From: Octopus sinensis
Lineage: Eukaryota
Assembly (NCBI RefSeq): GCF_006345805.1
Contig: NC_043000.1
Span: 162,750,001-162,814,000 of the forward strand
Direction of reading: 5' to 3'
DNA length: 64,000 nt
Below are positions 54,440-64,000 of this stretch, one piece after another. A model generated the notes under the pieces. That model was not told the DNA's origin. It ran no database searches and saw only the letters and a list, made by a program, of their open reading frames with translations. The stretch's first letter is position 1. Each line of letters begins with the position of its first letter. The position numbers and the translations under genes were made by a program.

Positions 54440-54900
54440 TAGATATTATATATATATATAATGATGAGCGACTATATCTATATGGAAGTAATTTCTCTAC
54501 TACTATAATCATTTCTTAAATATAGCAGCGAAACACGTGTCGTTTTTCTACCTATTATATACATTTTTATTATTTTTGTAATTTACTTAATCTTTACTTA
54601 TTGTTATTTTAATTTTAACTTTTCTATTATATGTAATTTTCTAGATGGTGTAATTTAATTATTCATTTCGAATTGATAAAAGGTGGGTTTTTTCTAATAT
54701 TTTTTATATATTTATTATATTGTGTGGAATTTGATTTAGTATTTCTAAATTGAATTCTTTCACCTTGTAAGTTTGGATTTTATTCCCTCAAATAATAATT
54801 ATATATATATATTATGTGGTAAGGCTTCAACAAGTAGAAAAGTACTCGATCAGCTAAGAGAGTAAAGATAATGTTATAATAAAAGCCACTGATCTTTTTA
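54440..54900 (+). mobile_element. Putative Penelope pLTR remnant with hammerhead-like motif
   Basis: aTGATGAGC...GCGAAA-cacgtg-TC at 54461-54541. Confidence 0.45.
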
Positions 54901-56122
54901 AATACAGCTGCCCAAATTTTCTTGGTTGAAATAATAATTCGTTCTGCTATTTTTCAAGCTGAGAACAAGATCGTTTGTCAGTTGTCTTTTGAGCAGATGA
55001 TGTTTAAGCAAAACACGCTGCTAAGGAAGAAGACAAAAAGGAAAAGACAAAGGAGATGATTACAATAATTCGATGTGAAGCAGACGTAAACAAGATGTTA
55101 ACGGTTTACTAAATATTTGCTGATTTACTTTTAAATTCCGACCAGATGCATTTCAGCGAACCCCACTAAAATCCCAGCTATCTAAGGAGCCCATTCGATA
55201 GTTGTCAAATTGTTTTCATCATCACTGACACAACTCCAGTTCACTCGACACAAAATATTGCTTAAGTGTCATCCAATCAATGGACACAGTTCTATCATGT
55301 GACGTTTTTCCTCCCCACATCATTTGCTATTTAAGCTTACATTGATTCGTACGTGGGAAACACTTTACTGACTCCATGAGGTGACGTTAGAGATACATCG
55401 TCTCATAGTTGTGGATTTACTCTTTTCGCCTTAGCGCAGACGTTTCCTTTTCCGTCGTGGACAACTGAAGTTAGAGTTCGCTATTTTGCATTTCCGTTTT
55501 GGAAATTTTGCAAGGTTTTCTTCATTCATTAATTAAGTCATTACCTGAGCACAATATAATTATTCGTCTTACGTTATAATAATCACCATCATCTTCAGTC
55601 AATGCTTTCCTCATTTATAAAATTAGCAACAGTAGTTGGATTAATTTTTGTTCATTCGCAAAATATGCATTTTTAAAAAGGAAGTAAAAAATCTGAAAAT
55701 CGGCTATAATAATGTAGTCTTCCAGTTTCGTTGCTATGAAGGTATGATGCTGTGGAGAAAAAAATTGGAGGAAAAAGTTACAGAAGTTTAAAACTCGGAA
55801 AAACTGTATATTTTTAGCCAATAGCGAGACAGACATTTTCTGCGTTTAGCGGAGCGGTGTCAACTTTATGGTTGTACCCTGTGAAATTTATAGTTTAGCG
55901 TCTGACCTGTTCACTGCAGGTTTCTAAATAAACAGAAATACCTAATAAAATCAACATATATCATCTTACTGTTTCTTTTGTCTCTTCATTGATTGTATTT
56001 TTTTTATTGTTTTGTAAAATTTGTTATATCGGTATATTTGTCTCCATGTGTTTCTTTATGCATATTTCAATATTATGTATACCTGTCATGTATTTGTGTA
56101 CAGCATTAATGTATAAGTGCAT

Positions 56123-56195
<73 letters not shown>

Positions 56196-59136
56196 GGGCA
56201 TCTGTCTCCAAAACTTCAAAGTTGAGTAACATTTTCCAGCTTGAATTTGTAAACTACGATAAGAATAACACTGGTCAACAGAATTTATTCCAAGAAAGTG
56301 AATACCTGTATCCTATATGTTTTTGCATGCAGAATTCAAAAATAATGTCAAATTATCTGCATCACCCACAGTTTCTCTGTTCCACGATATCCCTCTCAGT
56401 TCCTGTTAACTGGGCTAAATTTCAGTAAAGCTGTTGAAATGTGAAGCTAACAGTTTAAGAAATTCTCCTAATTTAAATTTTTATGAACAGAATTAACCTA
56501 GTGAAATCATGAATCCAGCTTTCCGAATCAATGAGACCTTGAAGCTTGACAATACTGAGTCGATGAGTCACCGATGCTTTGTCAGAACTGTGCTTGAAGT
56601 GTGGATGTGCGGTTGTGTACTAAGTTCATACATTCCATTCACCTTAATAATGCCAAGAAACTTTTGCTATATATGAGAAATATGTAAAATATTAAGACAA
56701 CTGACGAAAAACATCTATAATAAAATTCTAATTGATAAATATAATTTTTTATTAAAACAAAACACGCGGGTGAAGTGAAACACACACAAGGTGCGGTCGT
56801 CATGGTAACAAGCTGTTAATGCCTCGCTGTCTGTTGATTGGCTAAAATTACCCTAATTTCCGAACTTTAATTCCAAATAACATCAGATTCTCTGATTTAC
56901 GAGATAAAGTAATTGGTTGATCGTAATCAAAATTCAGGGTTGCATCGATACATCAAAATTGAAAGCAATCTGAGCAAAATTAAAGGGGGCATATCGAATG
57001 AAACAAACTAGATCCCAGCAGTTTTTAAGGGTTGCATTACTCGTTAAAACTCGAAATTTTCTGGTCCTGGTGGTTGTCTACCTCAGTAAAAATAAATCCA
57101 TTGAAGATTCCTTGAAGCGCCCTGAATTCAACAGATTCTTCTAGAGAATAGTCTTGCTCGTTCTGTGACGTTTACACTACCCAATAGATGACCAAAAACT
57201 TCAGTTCTCATTTCGAATTGTTTCCACACAAACTCATTGTCTTTTGGAATCTCAAACTTCCCATCATCATCTTGTTGTTCACTCTCTTCATCAGACTCCA
57301 GTTGTTCAGCTGGTCCTTTCCTCCACTAACACGAAACTGGAAATAATTAGTTTCACTGTCTTGTCCATTTTGTACTCTCATATATAAGCTAAGTTGCAGA
57401 TTTTCAAAATGAAGAATTATTTGAAACTAAGGCTACGAGAGTAGTTTTGCCGACTATCTTTAAGTTAAGAAATGTTAGCCGAAGTTCGGCAAGAAACATC
57501 ATGATCTTGCCACCTAGAGATAACTCATTTTGTAAAAGGTCATAAAAAATGCGAACAACAGCTTCTATACCTAGTAAGACTTTGTGGGTGCTTTACCCCA
57601 ATAAATGAAATCACAGTTTTGCCAATCTACTATTCCTTATTGATATCAGTTGTTCCCTCTTTTTATGTTTATAGGGAGATTACAAATAAGAAAGATGATT
57701 GCTTATGATAGCCTAGTATATTTAATTAATTTCATGAATTTAATATCTCACAGTGTTGATTGTAATGCATAGGCCTAATCTGTAACAGACTACACCAACA
57801 GAAAACAGGGATGGGAATAAGTACATGTAATGGAATTAGAGAAAGAGAGGGTGGGTGAGAAAGAGAGAATAAGAGAAATAGTGATATAGTTAGAATTTTG
57901 AGGGAACTTACTAGCCTTTAAGTATATGAACCCATAAACATTGGTTCAGTATGGTTGCATGGATTACAGAGCTCAATAGATATTAGATTCAGCTGCTTAG
58001 TGGTATGTCTCTGAACATTAATCTTGTTTTTAATTAAGTAACCAAAGATATATTTCATTTTCAGACAATCTTTAATTATGTTCTGCCACTTAAGCTCTGG
58101 TTAGGTTTAAATTGCTACAACGTAAATCCCTTTTAGAAAGGCATGAACCTGTATCTTCTCTCACAGAACAGAGTGACTATCTCATATCCTTTATTCAGCT
58201 TTTGTACATTCAGGACAACAATATCTAATGTGTCCTTACCGGTCTTAGAAAAGTGGGTGATGTGCATAGGAACAAGGTTCCCGTATATTTTTAGCCCACG
58301 GCAACAAAGCTTCCAGCACTTAATTACTTTCTTTCTCAACTTCAGCCTCATGGACCCGAGTGTACTCTTAATCCTTAAAACCTATTTCCACAACGATTAC
58401 ATATCATTTTAATACGGTTTGTCTACTACTTCTATCAAGCCGAGTGGCGTACAACCTATTTCGCTACCTTGTCATAGGGCGCAGTTTTTTTTTATATTTG
58501 GCCCCAAGTTGGTGCTCATCATGAAGAACTAACGATAACTATACTATTTTAGTTTCAGTATACCTTGGACTACATTGCCCAACATCTCCTTCCTTTTAAC
58601 CCTTTAATTTGTAATTTGATGGAGATTTAACTACTATTTCTATTCGATAGAGCGTTCACATAGATACTCCTTCTGAGCCCATGAACAAAGCACATAATAT
58701 ACAGTGACCACTTAACTTTACTAATACTGATATTTATTACTATTAGTACTGCTTGGTGTTTTATTTTGTTTTATTTTGATGCTATGCTGTATTACATAAC
58801 ATATCCATAGATTTTAATCAAACTTAGAATATAAAAAGATGTATGTGTCCATTTTGTATATACAATATTTCCTTGAACATAAAAGGTGCCGGATCTGCTG
58901 TTCTGATTTCAATGTATAGATACTATTAGCGGTGTTAGCTCGCAATTGTGTGTAGTTGAAACCTATGTAATTAAAGATTGGTGTTTTAGAAAAGGCACCG
59001 GGAAACTAGTTAAAGATAAGTGTTCCAAGACATCAAGAAGTCAACCTGAAGTTTAATCTTTCACCAAAACGCCAACAGGGAAAACTCACTTTTCATTTCT
59101 AGAATTTCTTTCACTCAGTACAATAATGAATTCAAG

Positions 59137-59341
59137 TTTTGGTACAAGGCCAGCAAGTTCTTGGGGAGGGCGTAAGTTGATTACATCGACCCCCAGTGCT
59201 CAACTGATGGTTATTTTATCGATTCGAAAGGATGAAAGGTAAAGTTGACCTCGGCGGAATTTGAACTCAGAACCTAAAGACGGACGAAATATCGCAAAGC
59301 ATTTTGTCCAGCGTTCTAAGAATTCTTCCAGCTCGCCGCCT
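59137..59341 (-). mobile_element. Family-B SINE with the alternative tail
   Basis: Same head and centre as 12056-12288, but tail ...ttgctggccttgtaccaaaa. Confidence 0.88.
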
Positions 59342-60269
59342 CACTTAACAGAATAATAATAGAACTTCTGCTACAATATATGGTGATCTTTGGTTGCAGA
59401 CTAATTTGCCTCGTACATTACATTTGCTCAATGATTTATTTGAAGCATCTGCAATTCGGTAATTTTTCTCTATTTTTTTCTTTCTTACATTCTCTCTCTT
59501 TCCGTTCTCCGTTTTTTTCTTTTCTTCTTTCTTTTCGCGTCCTTAGTGGTTATTTCTTCATTTCTGTCTTTCAAAGTTGTTATCTTTATTTGATCTGAAA
59601 TGTGACATGTTTGGCAGAAAGGGTTAGGAAGACAAAAATTGTGACAGGAAGTTCACATAGCATTCGTGAAGTTCCCCCGCAGTGTCTATCTGCGCATATG
59701 TGTGTGTGTATGTGTGTGTGTGTTTGTGTGTGTGTGTTAACGTCTATGCAAGTTTGTATACATGTGCGTGCTTCATATTGCTATCACAGCAACAGAATTC
59801 TAATAGAAGTAGGTGAGCATGTTAACGAGGAGCAGGAGGAGGAGAAGGGGGGTACGAAAAATGTATTCTACCTTTAAAACTCCCTATTTCTTGCATTTTC
59901 AGAAATAAGCACTCTCCTCCACATCCGGTTTATTTAAAGGAGGTTGTTAAGGGCTCCCCTACCCATACGCGTCAACCGAATTTTACTCTTTTTTCAAGCA
60001 GTTTGGCTTTAGCATGTGACACAAATATGAGTCAGAAAGCATGAGAATTTTTATTAGGTGAGAAGGGAATTCCTTTCGTATCGTTTCTTAAAAAGTAGAG
60101 TAATAGAACTGCTGAAAACTATCGCGGTAGTCATCTTTCTTGCTGTTTACCTACAAGGTTAGTCCTGGGGATCAAAATCTTTGGTCAAAAACATTTCAGT
60201 CATGGACATCATATCTTTTTACCAAGCAAAGTGCACCCAGGACTATGTTATATATCTTTATCGTTTACC

Positions 60270-60450
60270 TTTTACTTGTTTCAGTCACTGGACTGCGGCC
60301 ATGACGGACAGCTGCTTTGAAGGGTTTATTGAACAAATCCACGTCAGTACATATTTTTTAAGCCTCGTGTTGATTCAGCTAGTTTTCATTGCCGAACCGC
60401 TAAGTTATAGGAACGTGAACAAACTAACACGTGGTCATGCGATGTTGGAA
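60270..60450 (-). mobile_element. Family-A SINE 3' fragment
   Basis: ttgtttcagtcactggactgcggccatg...gccgaaccgctaagtta. Confidence 0.8.
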
Positions 60451-60486
60451 CAAATACCACACACACATACACGCACGCACACATAG

Positions 60487-60522
<36 letters not shown>

Positions 60523-60597
60523 ACACACGCACATGTAATATGTATATATGTATATATGTATGTGCATATATTTATATTTATGTCTATATCTAGATAT

Positions 60598-61295
60598 AAA
60601 GATTGGCCAGCACAGAGCCCTGGTTCAAATATCATGGAACGAATGTGGACAGCGGTAAAGAGAAGTGTTCGTCAGAAGAATCCACGCAATCTTGAAGAGT
60701 TGAGGGAACTCAGCCACAGGGAATGGCATTTCATACCTGTGAAGATGGTGAAGGATTTGTCATTCATCATTGTTCGACCGTGGTCGAGACAATGGAATCT
60801 ACTATGCTACGCCAGACTTCACGGTCCATCATGGCATTACGGAGTTCCTGTTGCTGGATGCCTGTATCCCTGGAGATTACATCAGGGTAGGAGAGTGTGC
60901 GCCCTCTGGTATTGCGAGTAGATGGCTTCCAGAGGAGAAGTGTAGAAATTACCTCTTTTTCAGCTCTACAACAATGTCCAGCAAACTGGACTCTCTTACC
61001 TTTCACAAGAGATGACACGGGTGGTAGTTTCCCATATATTTGCAATTTGGTTGGATGGCGCTTCCACGAGAGATTTTGAGCTCTCATAAGGAGGCGGGTG
61101 TAGGTTCCATCCAACCGCCTCTCAAGCTATCTTTGATAACGTCCAGCTTTTGTACGCATCTCTTCCTAGGCGCATTGAAGTAATTATTCAAGCTAAGGGG
61201 AGCCACACGAAATGTTAACAATGTACAATAACTTCTTGAAATGAACATTATGTAATAAATTTTCATTATAGACATTTTTCTGTTTTAAAACACTG
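60598..61295 (+). mobile_element. Tc1-type transposon 3' fragment split by a LINE insertion
   Basis: DWPAQSPGSNIMERMW...KNPRNLEEL...VKDL | YASLPRRIEVIIQAKGSHTKC*; ends cactg|TA. Confidence 0.88.
60761..61148 (-). mobile_element. RTE-type LINE 3' fragment
   Basis: DGTYTRLLMRAQNLSW...QFAGHC...LLLWKP...AMMDREVWR; tgatgaatga tail; tttgt duplicated at both ends. Confidence 0.88.
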
Positions 61296-61686
61296 TATCT
61301 TGATTGGTTTGTGTGAAGTTGCCAAAACCTTTTAACGGCCATTTTTGGTAGTCGTCTCGCATCTTCTCCTGTCATTCAGAATCCCTACTACAAAACATTA
61401 GGTATGGAAATGACTCCAACAGGGCTAAAGTTTCGGCTGTAAAAATTGCAATGTGAAACATCCATTTACAAGTTGGAAATTGGTAGAAATTTACAATAGT
61501 TTAAAGTGGCCGAAGTCTTTTGCACGGTATTGTATATATATAATATGAGTGGCTAATTCGCAATTTTACAACCTAAAGGCAGAATATATACGTCACTAAA
61601 GTGGCAGCAGCACTAATCAGAGCCAGTATTGCTAGAAATAACAATCGAAACAACTCAATAACCACGAAAAGCACTATCTTAATGAA

Positions 61687-61850
61687 TGACGGGCTTCTTT
61701 CAGTTTCCATGAATCAGATCCGCTCACATATCTTTGGTCGGCCTGGAGCTATAGTAGACGACACTTGTCTAAGGTACCGTGGAGTGGGATTGAACCCAAG
61801 ACCTCACGACAGAGTAACAAGCTTCTCAACGACACAACGACACAGCCATA
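61687..61850 (-). mobile_element. Family-A SINE 5' fragment
   Basis: gacgggcttctttcagtttcc...gacacttgtctaagg...cacagcca. Confidence 0.8.
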
Positions 61851-62644
61851 TTATTTTTCAAAGTGCGAACGTGTAATTTGCAAAGAAAATTTTCTCTACT
61901 TCTAGCAACCCGAGCCTCCACCTCCCGTTGGGTCAATGTAGATGGATGTTGTTATTGCACAACTCAGAGTGGCGAATTAGTGCAATAGTTAAAGCATCGA
62001 GCAAAATGCCTTGCAGTATTTAGTTACAGACATAGTTGAAATCTGTGATGTAATGACATCGAGATAGTATGAAGACGTTATATCAAGTGCACAAATATAT
62101 ATGTATGTATGCATGTATATGTGTATGAATGCTTGCACACATGTATGCATGCGTATGTGGGGGTGTGCATGTATTTATATCTCGGTGTATGTATATCGCG
62201 AGTGTGTCATTGGCAGACATGAATGCAGGAATGGATGTCAATGCGTATGGGAATCTTATTACATGCTAAACTTCTTGAATGTTCTACGTTTTGCATTTCT
62301 TTTGATAGTCTGTAGATGTAATCTCCAGATTAGATCTGCCCCTTCTATTTTATGAAATTCAACTCCTCAAGATTGGTACTGAGGCAGTTAGTAACCCGGA
62401 TGGAGTAACTGCAAATTTCTCATCAGTTCTGCATACATGCTTTCTTTTCCTCTAATCTTTTCATTAACATTACGTCAACGTCTACAAAGCAACTGATTTT
62501 AACTTCTGTACATAATTTCTAGTTTACGTCCCAGTTCATCCCGTCTGGGTTGTTATGCGAGCATTTTGTCGAAGTCTTGAAAAGATACAATACACTTTCT
62601 AGTATGTACGTATATATGTAATGTGTGTGTATGAATTTATGAAC

Positions 62645-62775
62645 ACATGTGGTCTCGAGGTAAGGGTGTTGGGCTGTTGATCATAAAGTTGTAGGTTCGA
62701 TTTTTAGACATGGTGGCTCGTTGTACCCTTGAATATAACTCCGCATTTCTCTTTGATCTTACAACTCAGTTGTAC
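62645..62775 (+). mobile_element. Very degenerate tRNA-derived SINE head
   Basis: gtggtctcgagg...ggttcgatt spacing resembles A/B boxes. Confidence 0.4.
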
Positions 62776-63797
62776 CAGCCTAGAATCGGTGCATCATTCT
62801 CTCCCTTCAACTGTCATATCCACAATGGAGCAAGGATGGGAGCGGGCAAGTGAAAGTCTGTTTAAACGTGACTACACTGTCATCTAAAAGAATATGTGGG
62901 TACCTAGATACGTACCTGAATAAGCACCTGAAACGGGTGCTTCAAGCTATCAAACCATATTCACTTGCGTGTAGCGGCTGAGCATGTCTGTATGTATGAT
63001 GTATGTATCGTATGTGTCTGTGTGTGTATCACGGTATCAAACAGACCATCGGATGCTGTTATATACTGCTCGTCACGATGCGCTTCGCATTTTTTCAGCT
63101 TTCGAATACCGCCTACATACTTCCTGTACAATAAATATATAGATCATGGGAGGTAACGTATAAGAAAATACTAATTGTTATCTCCCTTACATTAGCCATG
63201 AAATGTTTGTCAGGACATGCGTTCACCATAAATTGATTAAATTGATATCAGCTAGCGGTATGTTCGATATGAATTGATTAATTCCTTAATCATTTCGTGT
63301 GAAGACGTTCATGCACATTCAAATTTATAATTACAAGTACACACGTATGTGCACATGCACATCTATATAAAATGTGCACACACACAACACACACAAACAA
63401 ACACATACACGCATACACTCACACACATGCTTAGTGTCGCATAGGTACACTGGCACTCACACACACACACACACACACTCACATACACACACCAAATACA
63501 TATCTGCAACTGCAATCTGTATTTTGTTCGTGCCTCCGTATGTGCATATAATCGTGGAGTTTCACAGATTTTGACTCCAAACCTTATTGTATTTACCCCG
63601 CAATACGTTATTGACCATTCGTTCTTACCTTCGATATTAGCGCGTGGCAGCATGTGAAACCGCTAATCCCTGTATTTCCCCTCGTTCCTCCATGTAGAAG
63701 AGTGTAGACTCGAAACGTCAAAGACTCCTCTATTTTACCTAAGAATAAATCTAATGCACCTTGCTTATTGTCCCCTCACTCTCACTTGTCTCTGTCC

Positions 63798-63828
<31 letters not shown>

Positions 63829-64000
63829 ATATATATTATATTAAATTAGAGATAAAACCACTATTATATATGCGTGTGTGTGTGAAAGAGAGAGAGAGAG
63901 AGCGAGATAGAGAGTATGGTGGTTAATTCCACGTGGTTGAATATACAAGTAAAGAGAAAAAAGGAAAAACAGATTTATTTTACACGACTAAAGAATATAT

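Noticed and set aside
55100-57040. Possible DNA transposon ends (gttgtaccctgt near 55875; ttaaagggggc near 56985; also 15380-16260)
   Set aside because: No partner TIR or TSD found, so boundaries cannot be supported.
57080-57330. Acidic minus-strand frame WRKGPAEQLESDEESEQQDDDGKFEIP...
   Set aside because: Short, no recognisable domain and no convincing splice sites; probably transposon debris.

Overview
AT-rich, microsatellite-dense eukaryotic intergenic or intronic DNA. The SINE families and simple-repeat load suggest a coleoid cephalopod (Octopus-like); this is inference, not a database result. I cannot support any intact host gene, and most track ORFs are microsatellite artefacts. Mobile elements dominate: a near-full-length but defective L1-clade/Tx1-like LINE (25299-30780, minus) inside (GATA)n, a 5'-truncated CR1-group LINE (51680-54386), a decayed RTE, an R4/Dong-type REL fragment, several Penelope-like (GIY-YIG) remnants, Tc1/mariner and Helitron derivatives, and more than 20 tRNA-headed SINE copies. 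The best leads are: (1) a SINE subfamily whose 3' tail and stem-loop match the Tx1 LINE 3' end, a candidate SINE-LINE pair; (2) modular head/core/tail shuffling among SINEs; (3) a Pol III tRNA-like cassette inside a Penelope 3' region next to a hammerhead remnant; (4) several hammerhead-like cores and perfect hairpins in putative Penelope pLTR debris; (5) a possible LRR-like micro-exon at about 31190.
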